Positions 1 to 13,492 of a DNA stretch of 64,000 bases are shown in pieces. Every line of letters starts with the position of its first letter. Position 1 is the stretch's first letter. The notes beneath the pieces were generated by a model, which saw only the letters and a list, made by a program, of their open reading frames with translations, did not search any database and was not told where the DNA came from. The stretch lies in the NCBI RefSeq assembly GCF_009914755.1, contig NC_060931.1. One strand, written 5' to 3'. A program made the translations under genes and the position numbers. The stretch is from the human T2T-CHM13v2.0 reference genome, Homo sapiens.

Positions 1-45
1 TACCTAAGGGTCGCGCCACAAAGCAGTGAATTTATTGGAGCATGA
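1..45 (+). CDS. EGFR: EGFR C-terminal codons (end of last coding exon; CDS continues upstream of the window)
   Basis: TAC CTA AGG GTC GCG CCA CAA AGC AGT GAA TTT ATT GGA GCA TGA = YLRVAPQSSEFIGA*, the human EGFR C-terminus; the first codon is the Y1173/Y1197 autophosphorylation site. Confidence 0.98.
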   Translation, partial: YLRVAPQSSEFIGA

Positions 46-326
46 CCACGGAGGATAGTATGAGCCCTAAAAATCCAGACTCTTTCGATACCCAGGACCA
101 AGCCACAGCAGGTCCTCCATCCCAACAGCCATGCCCGCATTAGCTCTTAGACCCACAGACTGGTTTTGCAACGTTTACACCGACTAGCCAGGAAGTACTT
201 CCACCTCGGGCACATTTTGGGAAGTTGCATTCCTTTGTCTTCAAACTGTGAAGCATTTACAGAAACGCATCCAGCAAGAATATTGTCCCTTTGAGCAGAA
301 ATTTATCTTTCAAAGAGGTATATTTG

Positions 327-339
327 AAAAAAAAAAAAA
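327..339 (+). repeat. A13 mononucleotide tract in EGFR 3'UTR
   Basis: 13 consecutive A; known polymorphic tract and microsatellite-instability target. Confidence 0.9.
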
Positions 340-414
340 GTATATGTGAGGATTTTTATTGATTGGGGATCTTGGAGTTTTTCATTGTCGCTATTGATTT
401 TTACTTCAATGGGC

Positions 415-792
415 TCTTCCAACAAGGAAGAAGCTTGCTGGTAGCACTTGCTACCCTGAGTTCATCCAGGCCCAACTGTGAGCAAGGAGCACAAGCCACA
501 AGTCTTCCAGAGGATGCTTGATTCCAGTGGTTCTGCTTCAAGGCTTCCACTGCAAAACACTAAAGATCCAAGAAGGCCTTCATGGCCCCAGCAGGCCGGA
601 TCGGTACTGTATCAAGTCATGGCAGGTACAGTAGGATAAGCCACTCTGTCCCTTCCTGGGCAAAGAAGAAACGGAGGGGATGGAATTCTTCCTTAGACTT
701 ACTTTTGTAAAAATGTCCCCACGGTACTTACTCCCCACTGATGGACCAGTGGTTTCCAGTCATGAGCGTTAGACTGACTTGTTTGTCTTCCA
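415..792 (+). promoter_or_regulatory. miR-7 seed-match cluster
   Basis: TCTTCCA 415-421, GTCTTCCA 502-509 and GTCTTCCA 785-792, complementary to the miR-7-5p seed; EGFR is an established miR-7 target. Confidence 0.85.
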
Positions 793-1739
793 TTCCATTG
801 TTTTGAAACTCAGTATGCTGCCCCTGTCTTGCTGTCATGAAATCAGCAAGAGAGGATGACACATCAAATAATAACTCGGATTCCAGCCCACATTGGATTC
901 ATCAGCATTTGGACCAATAGCCCACAGCTGAGAATGTGGAATACCTAAGGATAGCACCGCTTTTGTTCTCGCAAAAACGTATCTCCTAATTTGAGGCTCA
1001 GATGAAATGCATCAGGTCCTTTGGGGCATAGATCAGAAGACTACAAAAATGAAGCTGCTCTGAAATCTCCTTTAGCCATCACCCCAACCCCCCAAAATTA
1101 GTTTGTGTTACTTATGGAAGATAGTTTTCTCCTTTTACTTCACTTCAAAAGCTTTTTACTCAAAGAGTATATGTTCCCTCCAGGTCAGCTGCCCCCAAAC
1201 CCCCTCCTTACGCTTTGTCACACAAAAAGTGTCTCTGCCTTGAGTCATCTATTCAAGCACTTACAGCTCTGGCCACAACAGGGCATTTTACAGGTGCGAA
1301 TGACAGTAGCATTATGAGTAGTGTGGAATTCAGGTAGTAAATATGAAACTAGGGTTTGAAATTGATAATGCTTTCACAACATTTGCAGATGTTTTAGAAG
1401 GAAAAAAGTTCCTTCCTAAAATAATTTCTCTACAATTGGAAGATTGGAAGATTCAGCTAGTTAGGAGCCCACCTTTTTTCCTAATCTGTGTGTGCCCTGT
1501 AACCTGACTGGTTAACAGCAGTCCTTTGTAAACAGTGTTTTAAACTCTCCTAGTCAATATCCACCCCATCCAATTTATCAAGGAAGAAATGGTTCAGAAA
1601 ATATTTTCAGCCTACAGTTATGTTCAGTCACACACACATACAAAATGTTCCTTTTGCTTTTAAAGTAATTTTTGACTCCCAGATCAGTCAGAGCCCCTAC
1701 AGCATTGTTAAGAAAGTATTTGATTTTTGTCTCAATGAA

Positions 1740-1766
1740 AATAAAACTATATTCATTTCCACTCTA
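1740..1766 (+). terminator. Proximal EGFR poly(A) signal and cleavage site
   Basis: AATAAA 1740-1745 followed ~20 nt later by ...CCACTCTA, which matches the 3' end of the classic EGFR cDNA as I recall it. Confidence 0.8.
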
Positions 1767-4700
1767 TTATGCTCTCAAATACCCCTAAGCATCTATACTA
1801 GCCTGGTATGGGTATGAAAGATACAAAGATAAATAAAACATAGTCCCTGATTCTAAGAAATTCACAATTTAGCAAAGGAAATGGACTCATAGATGCTAAC
1901 CTTAAAACAACGTGACAAATGCCAGACAGGACCCATCAGCCAGGCACTGTGAGAGCACAGAGCAGGGAGGTTGGGTCCTGCCTGAGGAGACCTGGAAGGG
2001 AGGCCTCACAGGAGGATGACCAGGTCTCAGTCAGCGGGGAGGTGGAAAGTGCAGGTGCATCAGGGGCACCCTGACCGAGGAAACAGCTGCCAGAGGCCTC
2101 CACTGCTAAAGTCCACATAAGGCTGAGGTCAGTCACCCTAAACAACCTGCTCCCTCTAAGCCAGGGGATGAGCTTGGAGCATCCCACAAGTTCCCTAAAA
2201 GTTGCAGCCCCCAGGGGGATTTTGAGCTATCATCTCTGCACATGCTTAGTGAGAAGACTACACAACATTTCTAAGAATCTGAGATTTTATATTGTCAGTT
2301 AACCACTTTCATTATTCATTCACCTCAGGACATGCAGAAATATTTCAGTCAGAACTGGGAAACAGAAGGACCTACATTCTGCTGTCACTTATGTGTCAAG
2401 AAGCAGATGATCGATGAGGCAGGTCAGTTGTAAGTGAGTCACATTGTAGCATTAAATTCTAGTATTTTTGTAGTTTGAAACAGTAACTTAATAAAAGAGC
2501 AAAAGCTATTCTAGCTTTCTTCTTCATATTTTAATTTTCCACCATAAAGTTTAGTTGCTAAATTCTATTAATTTTAAGATTGTGCTTCCCAAAATAGTTC
2601 TCACTTCATCTGTCCAGGGAGGCACAGTTCTGTCTGGTAGAAGCCGCAAAGCCCTTAGCCTCTTCACGGATCTGGCGACTGTGATGGGCAGGTCAGGAGA
2701 GGAGCTGCCCAAAGTCCCATGATTTTCACCTAACAGCCCTGATCAGTCAGTACTCAAAGCTTGGACTCCATCCCTGAAGGTCTTCCTGATTGATAGCCTG
2801 GCCTTAATACCCTACAGAAAGCCTGTCCATTGGCTGTTTCTTCCTCAGTCAGTTCCTGGAAGACCTTACCCCATGACCCCAGCTTCAGATGTGGTCTTTG
2901 GAAACAGAGGTCGAAGGAAAGTAAGGAGCTGAGAGCTCACATTCATAGGTGCCGCCAGCCTTCGTGCATCTTCTTGCATCATCTCTAAGGAGCTCCTCTA
3001 ATTACACCATGCCCGTCACCCCATGAGGGATCAGAGAAGGGATGAGTCTTCTAAACTCTATATTCGCTGTGAGTCCAGGTTGTAAGGGGGAGCACTGTGG
3101 ATGCATCCTATTGCACTCCAGCTGATGACACCAAAGCTTAGGTGTTTGCTGAAAGTTCTTGATGTTGTGACTTACCACCCCTGCCTCACAACTGCAGACA
3201 TAAGGGGACTATGGATTGCTTAGCAGGAAAGGCACTGGTTCTCAAGGGCGGCTGCCCTTGGGAATCTTCTGGTCCCAACCAGAAAGACTGTGGCTTGATT
3301 TTCTCAGGTGCAGCCCAGCCGTAGGGCCTTTTCAGAGCACCCCCTGGTTATTGCAACATTCATCAAAGTTTCTAGAACCTCTGGCCTAAAGGAAGGGCCT
3401 GGTGGGATCTACTTGGCACTCGCTGGGGGGCCACCCCCCAGTGCCACTCTCACTAGGCCTCTGATTGCACTTGTGTAGGATGAAGCTGGTGGGTGATGGG
3501 AACTCAGCACCTCCCCTCAGGCAGAAAAGAATCATCTGTGGAGCTTCAAAAGAAGGGGCCTGGAGTCTCTGCAGACCAATTCAACCCAAATCTCGGGGGC
3601 TCTTTCATGATTCTAATGGGCAACCAGGGTTGAAACCCTTATTTCTAGGGTCTTCAGTTGTACAAGACTGTGGGTCTGTACCAGAGCCCCCGTCAGAGTA
3701 GAATAAAAGGCTGGGTAGGGTAGAGATTCCCATGTGCAGTGGAGAGAACAATCTGCAGTCACTGATAAGCCTGAGACTTGGCTCATTTCAAAAGCGTTCA
3801 ATTCATCCTCACCAGCAGTTCAGCTGGAAAGGGGCAAATACCCCCACCTGAGCTTTGAAAACGCCCTGGGACCCTCTGCATTCTCTAAGTAAGTTATAGA
3901 AACCAGTCTCTTCCCTCCTTTGTGAGTGAGCTGCTATTCCACGTAGGCAACACCTGTTGAAATTGCCCTCAATGTCTACTCTGCATTTCTTTCTTGTGAT
4001 AAGCACACACTTTTATTGCAACATAATGATCTGCTCACATTTCCTTGCCTGGGGGCTGTAAAACCTTACAGAACAGAAATCCTTGCCTCTTTCACCAGCC
4101 ACACCTGCCATACCAGGGGTACAGCTTTGTACTATTGAAGACACAGACAGGATTTTTAAATGTAAATCTATTTTTGTAACTTTGTTGCGGGATATAGTTC
4201 TCTTTATGTAGCACTGAACTTTGTACAATATATTTTTAGAAACTCATTTTTCTACTAAAACAAACACAGTTTACTTTAGAGAGACTGCAATAGAATCAAA
4301 ATTTGAAACTGAAATCTTTGTTTAAAAGGGTTAAGTTGAGGCAAGAGGAAAGCCCTTTCTCTCTCTTATAAAAAGGCACAACCTCATTGGGGAGCTAAGC
4401 TAGGTCATTGTCATGGTGAAGAAGAGAAGCATCGTTTTTATATTTAGGAAATTTTAAAAGATGATGGAAAGCACATTTAGCTTGGTCTGAGGCAGGTTCT
4501 GTTGGGGCAGTGTTAATGGAAAGGGCTCACTGTTGTTACTACTAGAAAAATCCAGTTGCATGCCATACTCTCATCATCTGCCAGTGTAACCCTGTACATG
4601 TAAGAAAAGCAATAACATAGCACTTTGTTGGTTTATATATATAATGTGACTTCAATGCAAATTTTATTTTTATATTTACAATTGATATGCATTTACCAGT

Positions 4701-4794
4701 ATAAACTAGACATGTCTGGAGAGCCTAATAATGTTCAGCACACTTTGGTTAGTTCACCAACAGTCTTACCAAGCCTGGGCCCAGCCACCCTAGA

Positions 4795-4967
4795 GAAGTT
4801 ATTCAGCCCTGGCTGCAGTGACATCACCTGAGGAGCTTTTAAAAGCTTGAAGCCCAGCTACACCTCAGACCGATTAAACGCAAATCTCTGGGGCTGAAAC
4901 CCAAGCATTCGTAGTTTTTAAAGCTCCTGAGGTCATTCCAATGTGCGGCCAAAGTTGAGAACTACTG
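4795..4967. mobile_element. MER5-type (hAT-Charlie) MITE within EGFR 3'UTR
   Basis: ggctgcagtgacatcacctgaggagctttt...caaatctctgggg...aagttgagaactactg resembles the MER5 consensus. Confidence 0.7.
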
Positions 4968-5974
4968 GCCTAGGGATTAGCCACAAGGACATGGACTTGG
5001 AGGCAAATTCTGCAGGTGTATGTGATTCTCAGGCCTAGAGAGCTAAGACACAAAGACCTCCACATCTGTCGCTGAGAGTCAAGAACCTGAACAGAGTTTC
5101 CATGAAGGTTCTCCAAGCACTAGAAGGGAGAGTGTCTAAACAATGGTTGAAAAGCAAAGGAAATATAAAACAGACACCTCTTTCCATTTCCTAAGGTTTC
5201 TCTCTTTATTAAGGGTGGACTAGTAATAAAATATAATATTCTTGCTGCTTATGCAGCTGACATTGTTGCCCTCCCTAAAGCAACCAAGTAGCCTTTATTT
5301 CCCACAGTGAAAGAAAACGCTGGCCTATCAGTTACATTACAAAAGGCAGATTTCAAGAGGATTGAGTAAGTAGTTGGATGGCTTTCATAAAAACAAGAAT
5401 TCAAGAAGAGGATTCATGCTTTAAGAAACATTTGTTATACATTCCTCACAAATTATACCTGGGATAAAAACTATGTAGCAGGCAGTGTGTTTTCCTTCCA
5501 TGTCTCTCTGCACTACCTGCAGTGTGTCCTCTGAGGCTGCAAGTCTGTCCTATCTGAATTCCCAGCAGAAGCACTAAGAAGCTCCACCCTATCACCTAGC
5601 AGATAAAACTATGGGGAAAACTTAAATCTGTGCATACATTTCTGGATGCATTTACTTATCTTTAAAAAAAAAGGAATCCTATGACCTGATTTGGCCACAA
5701 AAATAATCTTGCTGTACAATACAATCTCTTGGAAATTAAGAGATCCTATGGATTTGATGACTGGTATTAGAGGTGACAATGTAACCGATTAACAACAGAC
5801 AGCAATAACTTCGTTTTAGAAACATTCAAGCAATAGCTTTATAGCTTCAACATATGGTACGTTTTAACCTTGAAAGTTTTGCAATGATGAAAGCAGTATT
5901 TGTACAAATGAAAAGCAGAATTCTCTTTTATATGGTTTATACTGTTGATCAGAAATGTTGATTGTGCATTGAGT

Positions 5975-6138
5975 ATTAAAAAATTAGATGTATATTATTC
6001 ATTGTTCTTTACTCCTGAGTACCTTATAATAATAATAATGTATTCTTTGTTAACAATGCCATGTTGGTACTAGTTATTAATCATATCTAACCAACTGTAG
6101 GTGTTCTTTCCTGATAACTTTTTTAAAAAATCAATAAA
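5975..6138 (+). terminator. Distal EGFR poly(A) region
   Basis: ATTAAA 5975-5980, AATAAT repeats near 6030, AATAAA 6133-6138, U/GU-rich context. Confidence 0.6.
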
Positions 6139-6753
6139 TTATTTTTAGAGCAGTTTTAGGTTCACAGCAAAACTAAGCAGAAAGTTCAGAGAGCCCCCCC
6201 TGTCGCTAACCAGCCTCTCCCACCATCACCATCGCACCTCAGGAACCAGAGAACTTTTTAATGGAAAAAAAATCCAAGCCAGCTCGGAGGCTTCCTCCTG
6301 TGTCTGGGCCAGCCCCTCGGGCTCTCAGATGCATTCCAACTCAAGCTCTTCACATGCCAGAGCCTTCCAGTGCCCTTGAGACCCCTCATTCCAAAGATCT
6401 CTTCATAGTTTTTCTCCTTCACAGAGCCAAGAGGGAATTCCCTGATGGAACAGATTTTTCTATGGCAAGCCCAGGTTTTATTTCTTCAGAGTACCAAAAT
6501 AATTAGAAGTTTGCCCTGATTCTGCTAAAAATCAGAGGAATTAAGTGGGTCCCAGCATGGGCAAGGGGCCTCCCATTCAGCTGCCCCACTCACCGCCAAC
6601 CTCTCTTACATGTGGGTGGTCCCACCCTCCACCCAGAACTTTCATGGCAGGAGCTCTCACTGCCGTGTTTAATGTAATGAAGCCACTACCTGCACATCGG
6701 GAATAGCCACGGTGTGGCAGGGGAGGGTTCTAGGGAGTCCGAGCTCAGACTGC

Positions 6754-7069
6754 AGTCAGGCTTCCTTACCACAGGAGCATGTTCTGAGAAATGCATCATT
6801 AGGAGATGTCATCACCGTGCGAGCATCACAGAGTGTACTTCACACATCTAGATGGCACAGCCCAGCACAAGCCTAAGTGATACGGCGTAGTCTGTTGTTC
6901 CTAGGCTAATGATCTGTACAGCCTGGGACTGTACTGAATACTGCAGGCAACTGCAGTACAATGGTAAGGATCTGTGTATATAAACATAGCTAAATGTTAA
7001 AAAGACACAGTGAAAACGTGGTATTATAATCATATGGGACCATGTGAACATCGTTATGTGGCACATTAT
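6754..7069 (+). mobile_element. Tigger3a (MER7) DNA transposon MITE
   Basis: gttctgagaaatgcatcattagg...gagtgtactt...ctgtactgaatactg...ggtattataatcatatgggacc matches Tigger3a. Confidence 0.85.
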
Positions 7070-10000
7070 AGAAAACCCAGGTTCTGTGTCTAAACGCTTA
7101 AACAGATAAATGAGTACAGATAGTTTTCTCAGTTCTAGCTGTAAAAGTAGAGTTAGGGGATTTGAACTCAACACCTGAGAAAAAGCAAACCTGTTGATGA
7201 AGCAGATGATGCTACCAAAGAGGAGAGAACAGCTTCCCAAAACCCAGCATCAAGGGCCGAGCAGCCAGGAGGCTGGGTGGGGATGCACAGGGCGAGGAGG
7301 GCAGGCAGGGTGCCTCCTGCAGGCATCAGAGAGTGGACCAGCACCAGACGCAGCTCCTCTCTCCTGATGGGATGGCCCTGGGGCTCCTGGTGGCTCTGAC
7401 TTCTGTAAAGCGTCTCCCTCCGGCGCCTTTCCCTCCACCAGCCGGTGGCTGCACAGTGCCCTGCCTTGTTTCTTTCACACAGAAGTGAGGGCAGGAAGCA
7501 GGCTGTGCCAGCTCACACCACCCCTAATGCTCGCAGCGCTGACTCTAATTGTTTCCAGGAAGATCGCAGCTTTGCTTTTGTGCTGTTCCTGGTGAATGCC
7601 ATCCGTTGTCTATGCACAAACATGGGGCTGAGAGTAAACCACATTTCCTTGTGGAAGCAGGACTTCAGGATAGCCAGGTCCACGAACAATGAGAAAATCC
7701 GGAGCTTCCCAGCATTCTGCTCAAGGCCCAGCATCCCATATCGGAACCCGCCGCACCCACTGCTCTCTCAGCTCCTGAGCCTCCACACCCTGGCTGCCTG
7801 GGAACACCTCAGGCACATGCAGGTTTAATATAATCAAAGCCTTCAATTAGGGGGTTTAGTCCATATGGAGGAAGTCCAGATTCTGCAGATGAGACAAGCA
7901 TGGGGAGCATTCTGAGGTGCTGGCTTTCTGAGCCTGAAATGTTCCCCCAAGTGGAGGCCACGGCCGGCCATCCCACTGAACAGCCTTCACCTCAGGGCAG
8001 ACTCAGTGGCACCACTGATTTGTCACTGACCGTCACGATTCCAGCTGAAGCTGGGTGCAGATGGGGTTTCAGCTGGAAGAGGTTTTCCCTTTGGGCCAGT
8101 AATCCTATAAAAGTCATCATACCTGTCTGGGGAGATGGGCGATTTCCCTAGAATGGAGAGTCCAACGTGCAGGAGGGAGCTGCTCTTCCTGTCGGGCCTT
8201 GGGTGCACCCCTCATAGGGCTCAGGTCCCACTGCTCCAGAAAGGACCTTTAAACACTCAGGTCGAGAAGCAGCAAGATCACATTTGGTATTTGCCCTAGT
8301 CTTAAAAACAATAAACAAAGCATGATAGGGAGCCCATGGGCAGATGTCTGCAATTTATAAATGTGTGCCCTGAAGCACCCTCACCCTTCTGTGCTCATCA
8401 CCTCTGAGCCCCGGGGACATGCACCCCGGGGAGGCCAGCCCTGCCCTCACTGCCTTCTGTGGCCTCTGCCTTCCATCTTTCTCTCTACATGGACGCAGGG
8501 CTAGGAAACCTAGAGACTGGGTTCTAAAAGAAATAGAAACCTCTTTTTTACCCTGCTCCTGAGAGTCAACCCTTCTGAGCTCAAGCAAAGGGCATTCCCG
8601 GTCCTCAGCTCCTTGCCCCCACATAGATCTGAAGTGAGCCTGTACCGCCCACCTCTCAGTTCTCAACTGTCGCTTAATCCTGCCCCACAATAGGCCACCC
8701 CTGGGCTACAACTTGAGCTTCTAGGTGTGCACACTGAAGGCTCTGAACAGGCTCACAGCCCGGGGACACTCGGCAAGGACTCCCCACATTCCCAGCACCT
8801 GAGCGAGGCCCAGAAAAGAGAGGGGCAGGCACCAGATTGGCAGCTTTGTATCCTTTCTGCCCACCCCCAGGGAAAGGGTGTAGCCCATATATGGGGAAGG
8901 GGGGCTGGGGAGGCCAGGGGCTCTGCAAGCCAGGGTCCACGTCACTTAGGACTGAAGGCGGCACTGCCCAGGCAAATGGCACCTGAAAACCCAACAGGAA
9001 CCTGGAGGCCCAAAGCCTCCAGGCGCCTAAAAACCCATTCACTTTTCTAAACTGCATAGTCCCTTATTTGAACCAGTAATGTCCTTAAAACCTCCAGTGC
9101 AGCTCTATCTCGGAGGGAGTGGAGGTGGGACCTGGGAAAGCCATCCCTCTCTCACTCCAGATGGCTTGGGGCCACCCCTTACTGACTATTTTCATTCTAA
9201 AGAGGTTGCTTCTGTCACCCTTTCAGCTTCTCCAGACCCCTCTCCTTCCATCTTTCTCTCTTGTATAATCTAACCTTTCCTGAACCCAAGCAGAAATGCA
9301 GTGACAAACCCACAAGATATTCAAGTGCTGGCACGCTTCTCTCTGCACTTGCACTTTGCCTGGGCTGACTGGCTTCTCAAGGGCAAGTCTAAGGGAACAC
9401 TGGCCAGTGCCACATACAGACTTTAGGGGTCAGGGACAAAGAGATGTGATGTGTGATCTACAGCGTTTCTCCTGTAGATCAATGACACAGAAGACGCCGG
9501 AAGGGCAGGCCCCATTGCTGAAACGTTTGCCAGGTCCAAATGGTTTTGGAGCACACTTGCAAACTTTCAAAGAACAGCTAATTTTTGTATTAAAGTGTTT
9601 CAGAGCACAAAAAGATGGGAAGTTTCTCAGTTTATTCTACAAGGTCCGAATAGCACTAAAAATCAGAGAGATACTAGAAAAAGAAAACTATAGCTTTATT
9701 CATGAATGTAGATGTAGAAATCCTAAATGAAATGTAGGAAATGGAATTATTTATTCTAGGAATTAAAAGATAGCTCATTTTGTTTATACACGTGAGGAAA
9801 ATAATAGGTGAAATGTTAATATTAACTCATGTTCATAAGGCATCAATAACGCCCAATCACATTGCTGTTAAAATCTCTTAGTCACTTGGGAATAGAGGAC
9901 AACATGTTTAATTGGATTAAAGTATCTGTCAAAAATTAATAAGAAACATCAAACATAAAAGTGAAATACCAAGAACCTAGCACCTTAAATCAGAACAAGA

Positions 10001-10119
10001 CAAGGATAACTATTATCACATCTATTATTCAACACTCCAGAAATCCAGTGTTTTGGGGGACAAGAGAAGACATATTACTTAAATATGATATATTTGCATC
10101 ATTAGAATATAGTCAGAAA

Positions 10120-10312
10120 ACCAAATCTAGTCAGCAGCCTATTTCTATGAGGTTTTATTAGGACACAGCCATGCCTACTTATTTATGTATTGTCTGTTAT
10201 GACTGCTTTTATACTACAGTGGCAAGTTGGGTAGTTGGAACTGAGATCCTTTGACCTGCAAAGCCAAAAATATTCCCTGTCTGACTTTTTACAGCAAAAG
10301 TTTGCCTCTCCC
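10120..10312. mobile_element. MER58A
   Basis: gttttattaggacacagccatgcc...acctgcaaagccaaaaatatt...tttacagcaaaagtttgcc matches MER58A. Confidence 0.8.
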
Positions 10313-11635
10313 AAAATAATTAACTGAAAACAAAATTAAACAAGAAAATCAGTAGGGTAAGCACATAGAAATATAATCAGTAGTTTTTCTACATACCATC
10401 CATCATTAATTAGACAACATAATGGAAAAGAATTCCATTTAAAATAGCAACTAAAACAACAAAATATCTAGAATTAAACTTAAATGTGTGAGAATAATAT
10501 GAAAACAAAAACTAAGAATCCTTTCTGAGGCATAAAAGGAGACTCAAAAAGATATATTACATTCATGGACATGAAGACGATGTTATAAAGATACCAATTA
10601 TCCCTAAATATAACATACATTCAATGCAATTCAAATGAAAATTTCAGTGGTTATTTTGGGGAGTATAAGCTTTAGAATTTGGAATCTAGAATAGAAAATG
10701 TACCACAGTAGCCAACAACATTTGGAAAACAATTGAGTAGTGAAGGAATGATACAAAAATATACTATATAAAAATAATAACTAAATCAGCACAGTAATTA
10801 ACGGAAACATAGTTTGGAAGCAGATACGTGTGCATAGGAATGTGTCCATGATAAAGAGGACATCTCCAGATGGGGGACATGACAGACTACCCAGCAAATG
10901 ATTTTGGAGAAAACGCCTATACATTTGAAAATTAATTATGGTTCTATTTCACACTCTACCCAAAGACAAATTTCAGATGGACCGAAGATCTAAACATAAC
11001 AGCCAAAACAAAGTATTGGGTAAAATCTATGTGAATATTTTTGAATCTCAGGAAGAGGAGGTGATCCTAGTGCATAGCACAAAACCCCAAAGGCATAAAG
11101 AAAAAGATGGACAAGAAGGAAATCCAATGTTTTTCAGTTTTTAAAGGAAAAATAACTAACCACTGAAGAAAAGCCAATATATATACAGGGAGAAAAACTT
11201 TAAGATATATCAACAATTAATACCCTAAAATGTGAAGTATTCCAATGAATTTGTAAAAAAATTAAACACTCTATTAAAACTTTAACAGTGTATCAATGGA
11301 CAATTTATGGAAAAAATACAAACGGCAAATAGCACTAATAAGTATATAGCCTACCTCACTAACAATGAAAGAAATGCCACTTAAAACAGAATGATAACCT
11401 TTCACCCACATTTTGGTGGGAATGTGAATTACTATAAACTTTTTGAAGGGCAAACAAAATTTTACATTTGTGTATCCTCTTGATATGGCAACTTCACTTG
11501 TAAAGATAAATTCTGTTAACATATTCAACTATAGAAAGATATATAAATTAGAATGTTCACTAAACCACAGTTTGTAATGGAGAAAAAAATGGAAACTTTT
11601 AATGTCCATCGAAAGGGAAACTATCCCATAAGTCA

Positions 11636-12173
<538 letters not shown>

Positions 12174-12669
12174 TTAACTAATGGTGGAGACCTCTAGTGA
12201 GTAAGGAGTAGAATGTGAAATGATGAAATGACAAAGAGGAAATTTTACTTTTTATTGTATACACTTCTGTTGCTTGAATTTTTATAATGAATATATATTA
12301 CTTCTGCAATTGTAATAGGAAAAATATTATGTGTCAGTTCATGGCCTTTCCCCTTCCTTCCACTTGCAACAGAACATTTAGCAATTTCTTATTTAATTTT
12401 CTCTTCTTCCTGATCTCTCTCCCCCAGAACAAAATCCTTGCTGCACACCTCCCTGTGGGAGGAGCCCTGAGTGGAAGCGATGCAGGCCTAGTGGGCCGAG
12501 GTGGTGGGGTGTGTGTTTCCTGTTGGGACCACTTCAGGTGGAATGCCCTGGCTCCTGGGAGACCAGGACGGCCCATGTAGGCACAGGGGTGAGATCCCCA
12601 TTGGTGTAAGAGGGCATCAGCCAGCTGGCACTGCCCTCACAGAGTGCTGTGGGCCCAGTGGCTGACACA

Positions 12670-12926
12670 GTGGTGTTTACTTCTCACAGTCCTAGAGTGT
12701 GGAAGTCTAAGGTCAAGATGCTAGCTGATTGGGCTCCTGGTGAAAGAGAGAGGGAGCACTCTGGTGTCCCTTCTTAAAAGGATGCTAATCCTATCCTGAG
12801 GGCCCCACTCTCATGACTTCATCTAACCCTACTCACTTCCCAAAAACTTCATCTCCAAATACCATCACCTTGGGAATTAGGGCTCCAGCATATGAATTTG
12901 GGGGGGACACAATTCAGTCCATAACA
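12670..12926. mobile_element. MLT1 (MaLR) solo LTR fragment
   Basis: cttctcacagtcctagag...aaggtcaagatg...ccaaataccatcaccttggg...gacacaattcagtccataaca. Confidence 0.8.
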
Positions 12927-12971
12927 GAGAGGTGTCTTTATTTTAGGCTGCAAGAGAAAAAGGAATGATAG

Positions 12972-13336
<365 letters not shown>

Positions 13337-13492
13337 TTGAGTCCTGTTTCCTGAAGTGAGATACTGATCCAAGTCTCAGCCATGATGGGTCAACGTTTCA
13401 ATACAACACATTTTAAATCCTAAGAAACAAATAATATTTTTAAATGTATTGCTTACAGGAACCAGCAACAGAAAGAGTTGCAATGTGCTTTT

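Larger units (their letters stand above)
95..917 (+). promoter_or_regulatory. miR-133 and miR-27/128 seed matches
   Basis: GGACCAA at 95-101 and 911-917 (miR-133); ACTGTGAA 245-252 and ACTGTGA 475-481 (miR-27 family, overlapping the miR-128 seed). Confidence 0.6.
46..6056 (+). other. EGFR: EGFR 3'UTR (long form ~6 kb; short form ends ~1766)
   Basis: Follows the EGFR stop codon; sequence recognised as the EGFR 3'UTR; repeat-poor, with multiple poly(A) signals; distal end approximate and based on recall of the long mRNA end. Confidence 0.88.

Noticed and set aside
1105-4831. Short ORFs inside the EGFR 3'UTR
   Set aside because: Many start at non-ATG codons, none has recognisable homology, and lengths are as expected by chance
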